From: Anolis carolinensis
Taxonomy: Eukaryota
DNA length: 64,000 nt
NCBI RefSeq assembly: GCF_035594765.1
Contig: NC_085841.1
Location: forward strand, 186,605,574 to 186,669,573
Reading direction: 5' to 3'
Position numbers and translations under genes: made by a program. Shown piece by piece: positions 13,269-25,639 of the stretch. The number at the start of each line of letters is the position of its first letter. The stretch's first letter is position 1. The notes beneath the pieces were generated by a model. That model had not been told where the DNA came from. It did no database searches and worked only from the letters and a program-made list of their open reading frames with translations.

Positions 13269-14327
13269 CTTAGGGTTTTTCTTTCTCATGTACTAATAGA
13301 GAATGAATGGCCTCGGGTACTCTGTACACTGAAGAGTAAGAAGGACAACAAAAGATATTTCACCCAATCTTGCTTCTTAAGAAGGTGTACATTTGACACA
13401 GCTGTGGGATTTATTCCCAGCCAAAATGTATTCCAAACCAGTGCATGCATCTAACATGGCTGCCTTCTGCAATACAGGGTGTGCTTTCCATTGTTACATC
13501 CTGACAGAAAAACTATTTTTGGTATGCGAAGAAGAGTGAAGGCCATTTGATTATTATCTTTAGCTGACAATGAAAGAACTTAGTATGCCCGGGCACTGGC
13601 AAGAGGGATGACTCTTGATTTATCTCTCCAGCGTTTAATGCTGTCGTGTCATGACAGAGTGCTGCCTTCATCTGCACTCAAGAGGAGCAGAAAATGGGTT
13701 TCCCTTTCTACCTGGAAAGTGCCCAGTCCTCCTCATCACCAATGAAAGGGTGATCCCATAGAATGGCTAAGACTTGGAAACCTGCCACATGCAACTGTAA
13801 CATCAGTTTAATTTTACTGAGCACAGTAAAGAGGACTGTAAACTTCTTCCAAAGACAATTAAAAGTCTGTTGGAATGGCTCATTCCCCTCTGATGCCCTC
13901 CATCATGAAAGATTCCTGTGATAAGCATTCCCCATACATGGCATGACCTGAATAATACATGAGATTCCCACTAGATCAATTTAGAACAGGAAGAAACAGC
14001 CACAGAGAGGTCTCATAGGAAACCACTGCTCTTATATAACTGAACTGTTTTTCTTCAATGGGCATCCCTAATGGCTAAACCAGGATGACCCATCACTGAC
14101 CCATAGTGGCCAATGATTACTAACTAATATATAAAATTTGTTTGCTTTGTGAGGTGAGGAGGAACACAGCAGTATATGTTATGCATGTGGGAGCAGGAGA
14201 GAGGAAAATATAGCTCAGTGGAGATAAAGTGTAGCTCTGGAGAGAAACCAGACATATACAAATGCTGTGGGAGCAAGGCTGAATTAGTAAGGAAGACTGA
14301 CCTTATGGATTCATGCAGACTTTCCCA

Positions 14328-14512
14328 TTTGTTGTTGTGCACCTTCAAGTCCAACCTATCACAGAGTTTTCTTGGCAAGATTTGTTCAGGCAAGATTTGC
14401 CATTGTGTTCCTCTGAGGCTGAGGGAGTGTGACTTGCGCAAGGTCACCCAGTAGGTTGCATGGCTGAGCAGAAATTTGAACTCTGGTTTCCAGAGTCATA
14501 CTCTGATGTTCA
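14328..14512 (-). mobile_element. Old tRNA-derived SINE with RTE-like tail (..TTGAAGG..CACAACAACAA)
   Basis: Homologous to 25640-25840, 51445-51620 and 61552-61752. Confidence 0.7.
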
Positions 14513-15408
14513 GATCATATATTTAGCTTGAATATTTTATGGTATAGATAATATCAGAGAAACACGATACGTCATCACCACACATTGCTCCATTCAAGGG
14601 AATATGCACTAGAAAAGGTTCCTGTCAGAAACTGGGGAACTGAGCAAGTGTAAAATAGTTAGATCTCCAAATTTCATTGAAACCCATGGAGGTTTATGCT
14701 AAAATAAACCAATTAAATGTTAAAGGTTCTGCTAGATTACTCCCCTTATCACTCTTTTTTAAAACAAAAATATCCTACCATTTCATCACATTCATTAAAT
14801 ACTGCTGAGCATTAAGAAACTGCAACCTACTATGTTCATCGCATGACGTAGGCATCAAGTGTAGGGTAGAGATATCTTGGCATTGGGCAATGTTAAGGGG
14901 AAAAAAATGATAGTCATAATGATACATAGAAATTTTTGTCAATACAGTAATAACTTTCTAACAGATTATCTTGAATTTTTAGATTCCTTAGGTAATAATT
15001 AGAATTAGAAAAAGATTTAAAAAGAAACAACCTGACAAGAACAATCGAGATGAACTTTTACAGAAGGCTGGAAAAGAAGAAAGAGCAATAGGAGATAATC
15101 CAAGAAGATATAAGAAGACATTACCATCTTTATACTGGAGAATATATATGAACTTCCAAATACTTTAAGTAATGAAAATTAATGTAATGGAAATGAAAAA
15201 TTAGATGTAATAACCATAAATATGTACATTGTCTTTTCTCCAACACACACACACACCGACAAATATATTGGTCAAGACTTAATTTACTAACAATAACTAC
15301 ACTATCCCCATCTTCCTTCTTTCTTGCCCAACTTTTATACATTTCTGCCTTGTGTGTGTGTGAAAAAATTTGAAATCTCTATTGTATTATATAACATATA
15401 TAATATAA

Positions 15409-16985
15409 TCTATATATATAAAATGATAAAGTTGTTTGCGCAGTGACTATAACAACAAAACTAAACATCCCAGAAATACGAAATTTGGCAACACAATGCA
15501 AAAGGCTTGCCTCCAGGTTACAACAACACAACCACACCACAAAACCACAATCCAGACCCACAAAACTCACAACAGCGCATCATGCGATAACAACACAACT
15601 AAACGCCCCAGAAATACAAAACTTGGCAACACAATGCAAAAGCCTTGCCTCCCAGTTGTAACAACACAACCACACCACAAAACCACACAGGACCCACAAA
15701 ACTCACAACAACGCATTGTGACTATAACAACACAACTAAACGCCCCAGAAATACGAAACTTGGCAACACAACGCAAAAGCCTTCACTCCAGGTTGTAACA
15801 ACACAACCACACCACAAAACCACAATCTGGACCCATAAAACTCACAACAACACATCGTGACTATAACAACACAACTAATTGCCCCAGAAATACGAAACTT
15901 GGCACACAACTAAACACCCCAGAAATATAAAACTTGACAACACAACGCAAAAAACCTTGCCTCCCAGTTGTAACAATACAACCACACCACAAAACCACAA
16001 TCTGGACCCACAAAACTCACAACAATGCATCGTGACTATAACAACACAACTAAACGCCCCAGAAATACAAAACTTGACAACACAACACAAAAGCCTTTTC
16101 TCCCGGTTGTAACAACACAACTACACCACAAAACCACAATCCGGACCCACAAAACTCGCAACAACGCATTGTGACTATAACACAACTAAACGCCCCAGAA
16201 ATACAAAATTTGACAAAACAACGCAAAAGCCTTGCCTCCCAGTTGTAAGAACACAACCACAACACAAAACCACAATCCGGACCCACAAAACTCACAACAA
16301 CGCATCATGACTATAACAACACAACTAAACGCCCCAGAAATACAAAACTTGGCAAAACAATGCAAAAGCCTTGCCTCCCAGTTGTAACAACACAACCACA
16401 CCACAAAACCACAATCCGGACCCACAAAACTCACAACAACGCATTGTGACTATAACAAATACAAAATTTGACAACACAACTCATCCACCTCCCCAATCCC
16501 TACATTCACACTTGGCCTCCAAAAAAACAATTACAATAATAACAATGACAACAACAACAATAAGAATCAACACCATCACAGGCAAGAAACAGCCAGGCAC
16601 TGAGGCTGAGAGGCCAGTCAGTGCTACACTGGGCCTCCAAAAAACAATACAGTAGCATCTAACTTATCCAACCTTCATGACCACTACAACAACAATAATA
16701 ATAAACAGCTACACAGGCAAAACAAAAAAAAAGACGATTGTACCACAATAAAAATATAAACCGCACTCAGCAGAATCAGACATTACAACTAACAACAAAC
16801 CAAAGACAACAGGGATCTCAAGCAATTATCAATCAACACAAAAACTGAAGAAGGTAACAGACTTCAAATACTACTACTAATGTGAGTATAAAGAAGGGTG
16901 GAGGTCACAGCATAAATACAACCTAATGTAGACTGACCAACACCACCAGACTAAGCCACAGCAACGCGTGGCCGGGCACAGCTAG
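15409..16985 (+). mobile_element. Non-autonomous Helitron
   Basis: 5' TC after A, 3' CTAG before T, subterminal hairpin GCCAC-AGCAACGC-GTGGC, no TSD. Confidence 0.92.
15444..16480 (+). repeat. ~139-bp CA-rich tandem repeat (~7.5 units) inside the Helitron
   Basis: Unit GTGACTATAACAACACAACTAAACGCCCCAGAAATAC... starts at about 15444, 15583, 15718, 15857, 16032, 16171, 16307 and 16446. Confidence 0.95.
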
Positions 16986-17021
16986 TATATTATATAAGAA
17001 TGTCTATATATAAGATATTTC

Positions 17022-17022
<1 letters not shown>

Positions 17023-17063
<41 letters not shown>

Positions 17064-17066
17064 GAT
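17023..17066 (+). repeat. (AGAT)n microsatellite
   Basis: Direct reading. Confidence 0.95.
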
Positions 17067-17437
17067 AGAATCTACAGTATGATGTTGGATTTGCACTACT
17101 GGTATCCATGAGATCATCAACATGCAACTCACAAAATATATCATTTCTAGGAATTGTGTAGGTTCTGCAGATGTTTTTATTAGAGCCTCATCACACTAGA
17201 GCAGGCATGGGCAAACTTTCTAACTTGGGGGCTGGAGCCGGGTGGGTGGGCTGGGAGAGGGGTTCTCCCCAAGCCCCCTCCCTGCCCTTTCCTCCTCTTC
17301 CTCTTCTATTTTGGAGGCAGAAAGTGAAGGAAAGACGGGAAACATTTGGATCCCAAATGGGTTTTCCTTGGTCAGGATGAGATGGTGGACAGGAGAGAAA
17401 AAGTGTATCCATGAGACCCCATGTTACCTACTCCTGA

Positions 17438-17780
17438 TCTAGAATCCTAGCGCTGGAAGAGACCCCCAAGGGCCATCTAGTCCAATCTGCTGCCATGCAG
17501 GAAGGCATAATCAAAGCACTCTCAATAGACAGCCTCTGTGGAAAGGCTTCAGAGAAGGAGACTCCACCACATTCCCAGGCAACCTATGCCACTCTCCAGG
17601 AAGTTCTTCCTAATCTTTTCAGTTGCATCTCTTTCCCTGCCATTTGAAACCATTGTTCCCTTGTGCTCTGGTCTCTAGAGCAGCAGAAAGTCAGTTTTCC
17701 CCCCTGCCTCTTCCTCCTTTTAAATCTTGAAACATGGTTCTCATGTTCCCGCTCTACCTTCTCTTCTCTCAGCTAAACAT
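17438..17780 (-). mobile_element. CR1 LINE 3' fragment inside the hAT element
   Basis: TAGAATC..AG..TGGAAGAGACC..AAGGGCCATCTAGTCCAA...GGAAGTTCTTCCTAA is the reverse complement of a CR1 3' end (compare 58905-59133). Confidence 0.7.
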
Positions 17781-17785
17781 CCCCC

Positions 17786-18240
17786 AGGAGGAAAGGAGGA
17801 AGGAAAAAGAGGAGGAGGAAAGAAAAAGAGAAGGATGGCTGGAAGGAAGGGTGGAATGGAGTGGAGTGGAGGGAGGGAGGGAGGGAGGGAAGGGAGGGTG
17901 GGAGGAAGGACAAAAGAGAAGGAAGGAGAGAGAAAGAAAGAGAGCGAAGGAGAGAGGAAAGAGGCAAGGAAGGAAGGACAAAAGGGTGGAAGGGGAGAGG
18001 GAGGGAGAAGGAAGGAAGGAAGGGAGGAGGGAGGGAGGGAGGGAAGGGAGGGTGGGAGGAAGGACAAAAGAGAAGGAAGGAGAAAGAAAGAGAGCGAAGG
18101 AGAGAGGAAAGAGGCAAGGAAGGAAGGACAAAAGGGTGGAAGGGGAGAGGGAGGGAGAAGGAAGGAAGGGAGGAAGGAAGGGAGGGAGGAAGGGAGGGAG
18201 GGAGGGAGGGAGGGAGGGAGGATGGATAGTGAGGGAAAGG
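17786..18240 (+). repeat. Polypurine (GGAA/GGGA) tract containing a ~150-bp duplication
   Basis: Nearly pure G/A strand; block GGGTGGGAGGAAGGACAAAAGAG...GGAAGGGGAGAGG occurs twice. Confidence 0.9.
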
Positions 18241-18801
18241 AGGATCTGAGAAAAGAATCCAAGGGGCCGCATCTGCCCCCCCCCCCCCCCCCAGGCCTGG
18301 ATTTGCCCAAACCTGCCCTAGAGCATGGCTCCACTTTAAATCCTCTTTCTGCCTCCTCAAGAATTCTTGGGTTTGTAGTTTAGTGACACACAGGACCTCT
18401 CTGGCTGAGCAGTTTAAAGGCCCCTCCCTAAACTACAAGCTCCAGAATTCTCCAGAATGTACCAACTGGATTGAAAGTGGATCCATGCTCTAGTGTGATG
18501 AGGTCCCGGTTATGCATCTACCACAAGCTTTTATAATTCTGTTGGAGCATCTCGCAAATTCCTAGAGATGATACCTCTCTAAGAATATTTTACATCTTCC
18601 AGGGTGATTCTATGGTAATCTCCAGCATGAATCATTCAATTCAAAACAATTTGCTCTTATTCAGAGTTTCCTGTTTCCACGGTAAGTTCAGGAATATATT
18701 TTTTTGCGTACAAAGGGGTCATATTGCAGCTAGAAGCCTGGCTTTGCAGAAACAGACTGCTCAGGGGCAGCACCTTTCCTTCCCAATGCCAATGTCAAGA
18801 C

Positions 18802-19081
18802 CAGGGGTCCTCAAACTTTTTAAGCCGAGGGCCGGTCCACAATCCTTCAGACTGTTGAGGGGCCGGATTATCATTTGAAAAAAAATACAAACAAATTCCG
18901 ATGCACACTGCATATGTCTTATTTGTAGTGCAAAAACAACAACAACAACAAGAACAACAACAATGAAAGAACAATACAATATTTAAAAATAAAAACAATT
19001 TTAACCAACATACATTTATCAGGATTTCAATGGGAAGTGTGGTCCTGCTTCTGGCCAATGAGATAGTCAAGTTAATTAGAG

Positions 19082-19115
<34 letters not shown>

Positions 19116-19549
19116 GTGCCTTCAAGTCATTTCAGACTTTGGGCGAGCCTAAGTCTAAAATTTATTTATTTATTTATTTATTATTTACTGCATTTATTTA
19201 ATACATTTGTATCACACCCTTCACCCCCCAATGGGGGAGTGGCTTACAAATTATATGTACATACAATATATTATATTATTAGCATAGCACAATATTAGCA
19301 TTATATATTACTATATTGAACTATACCACTGTACTGTAATATTATTAGTAATATTATATGTAATATAGAATATATAATTAATATTATTATATGGTATTAT
19401 TATTAGTGTTATATTGTATTACATTATAATATTATTATCAATATTATATGTATATACAATATATTATATTATAAAAATGAGGGCGGGGGCCAGGTAAATG
19501 ACCTCGGAGGGCCGCATCCGGCCCCCGGGCCTTAGTTTGGGGACCCCTG
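18802..19549. mobile_element. Young non-autonomous hAT element (OC1/OposCharlie-like ends)
   Basis: TIR CAGGGGTCCTCAAACT / AGTTTGGGGACCCCTG; perfect 8-bp TSD GTCAAGAC; CpGs retained. Confidence 0.92.
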
Positions 19550-20520
19550 GTCAAGACCATTCTCTGCCTTGCACTCCCTATGACTGCATATTTCAACTTA
19601 TGCTCTCCAGACATGAACATAAAGAAGCATTGAAGGGGATATTAAAATGCATGCAATCTTTTAGACAATGAATGAGGATGATTTTTTTAAAAAAAATTAT
19701 CAACACAAATTACTTTTTCATCTTTAAGTTTCATTCCCTATTTATTGGAGAATTCAAAGGATGGACTGAGCCTAGTATAGATTCTTGAAATACTCTTTTT
19801 TCATTCTTTGCTGGGTAAGAATTGCCATTCAGTCCTGCTTTCATTTTTTTAAAGTGCTTCTCCTCCCTACCCCCAACTCACCACACCTCCTTCTTTTTAT
19901 ATGAAAGCTTGGGTATGTAATTCATACAAAACTGCACATTCAGAACACATACCAAATCCCTCTGTTTACTCCCAGGCCTCAGGCAGTGGCATAATTATGA
20001 GTAATAGCTGTGCACTGAAAGGGCAAGCCGATTATTACCCGCATAAAATATCAGCACAGGAAGGTTAAACAACATCTCAGCTACCACATTTTTTTTGGAA
20101 ATCACTACCCCCAAAAGTCATTTTGATAACAGGATTCTATGCTTTGACATCCTTACTGCTTTTCCTTGCAACACACTAAGACTTTTAAATGGAAGCACCA
20201 ACAAAACTTTTGCTCTCTTCTCTCTCCTTCTCCCTTTTTTCTGTTCTTGCTTCCCATGGTTCCTCAGCATGCACAAGGACAAAAAAAAAAAAAAGCTCAT
20301 TCTCTGAAGTGTGTGTTCATTAAGTTCCTTCCAAGGTTTCTTAAAGAGGAGCAAGCATTCCATGGATATGAATAAGTCAACAGAGAAAACAATTAACTCT
20401 GGATGACTGGCTGATGAATTAGCAATAGTCAACCCCACCACCACCATCACCATGTTGGTCTGGCTTCAAAAACAGTAGGGCTTATTTATACTGCAAGTTT
20501 ATATTTGTTCCAGTCTAGCT

Positions 20521-20656
20521 CAGGCATGGGCAGACTTTGGTCCTCCAGGTGTTTTGGACTTCAACTCCCACAGTTCCTAACAGCCTGTAAGCTGGCTGGG
20601 ATTTCTGGGAGTTGAAGTCCAAACACTTGGAGGGCCAAGGTTTCCCTCCATGCCTG
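20521..20656. mobile_element. hAT MITE
   Basis: TIR CAGGCATGG / CCATGCCTG; TSD GTCTAGCT/TTCTAGCT; palindromic core. Confidence 0.85.
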
Positions 20657-20793
20657 TTCTAGCTGAATGGTCATGGATTCTTGGTATCAGTGGTTTGGTG
20701 AAAGAGTAGAAATGTCTACCTAGACTTTTGCAAAACTTCCTGGATTCTCCAGGGTAAAGGATGTCTTGCTGCGTCAGTTAAACTTGGAGAGTA

Positions 20794-21014
20794 CAGTGGG
20801 CCCTTGCTATCTGCTGAGGTTTGGTTCCAAGACCTCCCATGGATATCAAAATCTGAAGATGCTCTAGTCCCACTATGTACAAGGCCTAGTAAAATGGCAA
20901 TTCTTATATAAAATGGCAAAATCAAGATATGTTTTTTGGATTATAACAAAAATTTTCTAGCCATGGATAGTTGAATCCATGAATGCTGAATCCAAGGACA
21001 CAGAGGATCAACTA
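20794..21014. mobile_element. Tigger/mariner-like MITE
   Basis: TA-CAGTGGGCCCT start; TTGGTTCCAAGACC motif shared with 39535-39833. Confidence 0.65.
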
Positions 21015-21414
21015 TACATATGTTTAATGGTTTTAGTGGAAATAACAATATTGTGTCCTGCTATTCTCCCTCCTGGGAGACAATACTTCCAATTAAGGGC
21101 AGCAAACATAGTTAAAGATGTACAAAAAAGGTTAGTGGAATGAGAAGTGAGCCAGGAGACAACTCTATTCTGAAGATCCTTCAACACCAGTTGATGCACC
21201 AGGTCCTAAACCCCTGGTTATTGCCATGCTAATATTCCTTGGAGCAAATATTCAAATTAGCGACTTTGTGCCTTCAAGTCATTTCTGACTTATTATGACC
21301 TTAAAGGAAGACTATTAGGTGGATTTCTTGGCAGGATTTGTTCAGAATAGGTTTTCCATTGCTTTATCGTGAAGAGATCATTTGATTTTTCCAATGGCAC
21401 ACTCAGATCTCTCA

Positions 21415-21565
21415 GGCCCCTTCTACACTGCCCTATATCCCAGTGTCTGATCCCAGATTATCCTGCTTTAAACTGGATTATATGAATCTCCACTGCCAAA
21501 TAATCTGGGAGAAGAAGATAATCTGGGATCAGATCCTGGGATATAGGGCCAGTGTAGAAGGGGCC
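21415..21565. mobile_element. PIF/Harbinger MITE inserted in an old SINE
   Basis: TIR GGCCCCTTCTACACTG / CAGTGTAGAAGGGGCC; 3-bp TSD TCA. Confidence 0.92.
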
Positions 21566-23702
21566 TCAAGGTTCAACACTCAAACCATAGCACTACACTG
21601 GCTCTCTAATCCTTAAATTACCAAATCCCTAGCACTAAGGAAATGTCAACAAGTCACAGAAATTGGCTAGACAGGGCAACATGAATAATACAGCTATGTC
21701 TGCTTCAATGGCCCCCTATCCCTCATTATTAATGTCTCTTTTGTAAAATGATAGGGGTGCTCTTTGTTTCCTAGAAAGAACACAACACTAGAAAATTGTT
21801 ACAAGGTTTGCTTTCCTCTTCCCTCATTATAACATTTTCCTTGTGTATCATGCCTATTAGATTGTGAGCCTCTAGGCAAGGATTATCTTTTAATATTTGT
21901 TGAGCAATTAGATAATTAATGGCTTTTGGACAACAGAAATTCCAGCACAATTAATAAATGTGTTTTAGGATCTACTGTTAAAGCAGAACTGGAAATAAAA
22001 TGCAGTAACAAACTGATTTTATATTCATTGATCGTTTTGAGGGCAGACAACATTTATTTTCCTCAAAGATGCAATTCTTTGCCAAATTAATTCTCAGAAG
22101 AAGCAACAAGTAATTTTAGCAATTCCCACTTCAAAAAAACTCTGTGAAAATAATGCCTTTTTCAAAGGCTATTCACAACCCTGGACTTACTCTTCACAAA
22201 ATTCACAGGTGTATTTTTTCATTCCTGTTTCCTGCACATAAAAGGTTGTTTTTTTTTCCTGCAGGGAAAAGTGTGAACTTTACAGATATTCTCTAACAAT
22301 GCGGATTCTCAAGAGTGCAGGATTCTTCTCTCACAATCTACACACACACAAACATACATATACATACACACACACACTACTTTTAAACTCCATTACAACC
22401 CTTGTATACATGGGAATACATTCCCAGACTTTGTGTGAACACAGGAAACCACAAATAATAGCGAACTCTGTTATTTTCAATGGGATAAATGATGAAAGAA
22501 CTGAGAAGTGAATGTGCCTTATACAAAAGGCCTTAAGTGAATAAGCAAATATGTGAATAAGTAAAACCATGGATATTAGTTTCACTGATACAATGGCTGT
22601 ACTATATTTTATACCTATTTTTCAGGGTCTGTCATAGCTGTGGTTTCTAGATTGCTGTTGGTTATGCTTTTTAAATATTCCATTTGGCTGCCATTGCTTT
22701 CTATGGACAGCCTAATGTGAGACTATGAATACTGTACTGCTGTAACATAGCAGGGAGTCTCTGACAAGTGAGCAGTCATTTGTGTGGGGGCTGTGCTTCA
22801 TTGTCTGTGAGACCAAGGCTCAGATTTTCCTTTTGAGAAGATTCAGAGCCAGTCCAAGACACTTTGCTACCTGAAGCAGAACAGCTAATGGCCCTTCCAC
22901 ATACACAAGTCAAGTCGTATTGCACCCAATGCCAGACAAGTTATTTTGTTAAATGAGGCAGAAAATCCTGTTAAGCACCTCTCTTCATTCTGCCAACAAA
23001 ACTATGATAATAGAAAAACTAACAATGTTGCTGCCCCTTTCTTGCTATTCGAAATCTGTCTCCTAAGATGGTTGCCTCTTTCTGCCCGATGGTAGGGTTG
23101 GACTGGAGTATGACCTTGAAAGGGCAGCTCTATTTTATCCATTCCACTGGTTCTGCTAGCAGGCTCCACCTAGCATGGCCAAATACCAGAGAAGAGCATA
23201 CCAACTAGAATGGAAAAGCTGCCTCACGTTCTATATATTTGCATAAGTTATTATATTTCCTTCTATAAGTTATATTATATGCTACTTTGGAGTCCATTAT
23301 GGGAGAAAAGAAAGATATATAATAGCCAGCTAGCTAGTAGTTAGCTAGTCATCTTGTGAATTTGTGTAGAATTGCTATCCATTTCTGTTGTTTCATTTGT
23401 AAGCCCCCCCCCCCTTTTCATGTTTACACATCTCCCTAAAACGGGCATCTTTCCGAATGGGCATTTTTGTAGCACATCTGAAAAAAATGAAAAATTTCAA
23501 CCCATGGGCCACTCCCCAGGCTCCCCTTCCCCTCAGTTCTAGGGCTAGAGGGGTGAAAATCACCACACATGGAGGCCACATCTACCATTTTTAGCCCACA
23601 AAGTTGTATAACATTTGGACCATCCCCTGATTTTTAGGGATTTTTTCTTTCTATAAATAAAATCTCCTTAAAAACACTCCCTCTTTCCCCTCACTTCAAA
23701 GG

Positions 23703-24557
23703 GGTGATGCCTCATGGGCCTTGTAGTCCTGCTCCGAGTGCCATCGTGGCCAATGAAGACGAAAACATGGGGTTTTCGCCGGTTCAGCAAGAGCCGGAAT
23801 CTTTCCAGATGCCTGATGTTGATGTTTTTGCCCAAGAACCCATTAAAACAGACCTTGAGCAGCTCTCACCCCCTTTTGCTAGGAGACAGTCCTATACTGC
23901 AGACAGGGGAGTGAAAGAACAGGTTGGCAGGAGCTTGAGAATTGCAGCTAAACAAGACACTGATTAGCCATGTTTCCCCTGGGAAAATCTAGAGAGTCTC
24001 ACATCTGGAGAAAGCTGGGTTTCGTTTCCTGTTCTCTAGGGAAAGAGAACGCTGGACACCTGCTTGGCAGGAAAACGGGGCCCAGATATAGGTGCCTGGC
24101 ACGGTAGGTTCCATGCGGAGTCAACAGAGCAGCTTCAGGAGTGATTTAGTGTTCCCAGCCTTGTGTGGACTTCGCAAAGTCCGCAAATCCAGTTTCCTTG
24201 CCTTGCCTATCCAAGTATTCAAGAATTGCCTTGCCTCGTTCCTAGTCACGGACCTTGTTCCTAGAATCAAGTTTTGTTTCCAGCCTTGTTGTAGATTTAC
24301 CTTGGACCTTGAAAGACCCTGGACAATTCCCCACACTATTGCTTGGCAATAGTGTGTGTTTCGGTTTATTGGATTTTATCTTTGGACTCTAATATCATTT
24401 ATTGGACAAAATATTTCTGGACTATGTTTGACCTCATTCGATAGGTCTGCTTCTGGACTATATTTTCTACTTGTTTTTATTATTCTTATATATTTCCTTA
24501 ATAAAGATTATTGGCCTCCGTGTTCGGTTCTTGGTGCTCCGCTGCCTTGGCGTGACA
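23703..24557 (+). mobile_element. Solo LTR, Gypsy-type
   Basis: (G/T)GTGATG...GTGACA ends, AATAAA at 24500-24505, colinear with the TSD-flanked LTR at 60269-61130. Confidence 0.88.
23704..23967 (+). CDS. LTR-encoded ~87-aa ORF (probable Pol/integrase C-terminal extension or small accessory protein) ending GRSLRIAAKQ
   Basis: 47/85 aa identical to the ORF at 60872-61129, with 20 synonymous differences and the stop at the same position. Confidence 0.55.
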   Translation: MMPHGPCSPAPSAIVANEDENMGFSPVQQEPESFQMPDVDVFAQEPIKTDLEQLSPPFARRQSYTADRGVKEQVGRSLRIAAKQDTD

Positions 24558-24647
24558 CCGCATGACATGAAAGCAGGTGAGGAGCTGGTAACTGCTCCCG
24601 CTTGCTTTTGTGTCGAGCTTACTTTCTTTCTGGGGGAGGGGTTTCCA

Positions 24648-25025
24648 TACTGATAACACCACACCACATAACTCCAGATTGTCAATTTCATGCAAATATT
24701 AAAAGGCACTGGAGATAGAATGGCTCCTTGTGGAATACCATATAACAGCTCATTTTTTGAGGAGCAGCTATCCCCAAGCATGACTATCTGGAACCTTCTT
24801 GAAAGGTATGACCAGAACCATTGCAGCACATCCAGCATTCCAGAAGGATGCCATGGTTGATGGTATTGAAACTGCTGAGAGGTCTAGAAGCATCAACAGA
24901 GATACATTCCCCCTGTCAGTGTTAAGACAAAGATCCTCCACTAAGGCAACCATAGCAGTCTCATCTCCATATCTTGCTCTGAAGCTGGTTTGAAATTAGT
25001 CAAGGAAGTGTGTGTCATTCCTTCA
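24648..25025 (-). pseudogene. L2-clade LINE reverse transcriptase fragment
   Basis: Translations ALVEDL..DRGNVSLLMLLDLSA, LQWFWSYLS.R.Q, YGIPQGAILSP; frameshifted. Confidence 0.9.
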
Positions 25026-25639
25026 GAATTGCCAAGAGTGTTCTTTAAAAACTTTTATCTCTTTCAGCTTTCTACTCATCTCTAACTGAAATGGGAAAAA
25101 AATCAATAGTATTAATGAATAACACCAGGCCAAGCACAAGACAAGCACAGCAGGAGATAGTTGGCTTAATGAACATGTTCTGCACAGGGATGGAAAGTGG
25201 AATGTTGGGAAGGAGCACAATCTTTTCCCAGGCATCCTAATATTCTCTTGATCCAGACATCTGTTTCTTCTTTATGTCCATTTTGCACATCTGTTCCTAT
25301 TGTTTATATTACTGATGTAATGTTCTTATGACTTAGTTTTATCATATCCTACCATGAGCATTTCAGGACAGAAATGAATGGATAAATGAAACCATGAATA
25401 TTGAATTTGGGGTTGAAAAGGTAATTCTGTAGGGAGAGAATATAGCAATTGGGAACAGAATGTACATGCAGCAAATGTTTCCTTGATGTGAAATTGCTTG
25501 CCAGATATGTGTTCATTAATCATTTTCAATCCATAGCCAATGGAACAACCTAGTATAGTTATCCATATTGTATTCAAGTGATATAATTTTCTCTTTCTCA
25601 TTCTAAAAATACATGATCTGAGCTAAAATAGTGTAGCAG

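Larger units (their letters stand above)
17202..18315. mobile_element. Composite non-autonomous hAT element
   Basis: TIR CAGGCATGGGCAAA / TTTGCCCAAACCTG; 8-bp TSD CACTAGAG/CCCTAGAG. Confidence 0.8.
17183..18506. mobile_element. PIF/Harbinger-like MITE split by a hAT insertion inside its left TIR
   Basis: Rejoined CCTCATCACACTAGAG|CATGGCTCCACTTTAAATCC pairs with GGATTGAAAGTGGATCCATGCTCTAGTGTGATGAGG. Confidence 0.8.
23398..24647. mobile_element. Unclassified repeat that hosts the solo LTR
   Basis: Weak inverted ends TGTAAGCCCCCCCCC / GGGGGAGGGGTTTCCA; abuts an L2 fragment. Confidence 0.3.

Noticed and set aside
15379-16655. Thr/Asn-rich and Cys/Val-rich ORFs, or a CRISPR-like array
   Set aside because: Head-to-tail 139-bp repeats with no unique spacers, inside a Helitron in eukaryotic DNA
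17727-18383. Long ORFs of 122-218 aa on both strands
   Set aside because: Translations of the GGAA/GGGA tract, which lacks stop codons by composition
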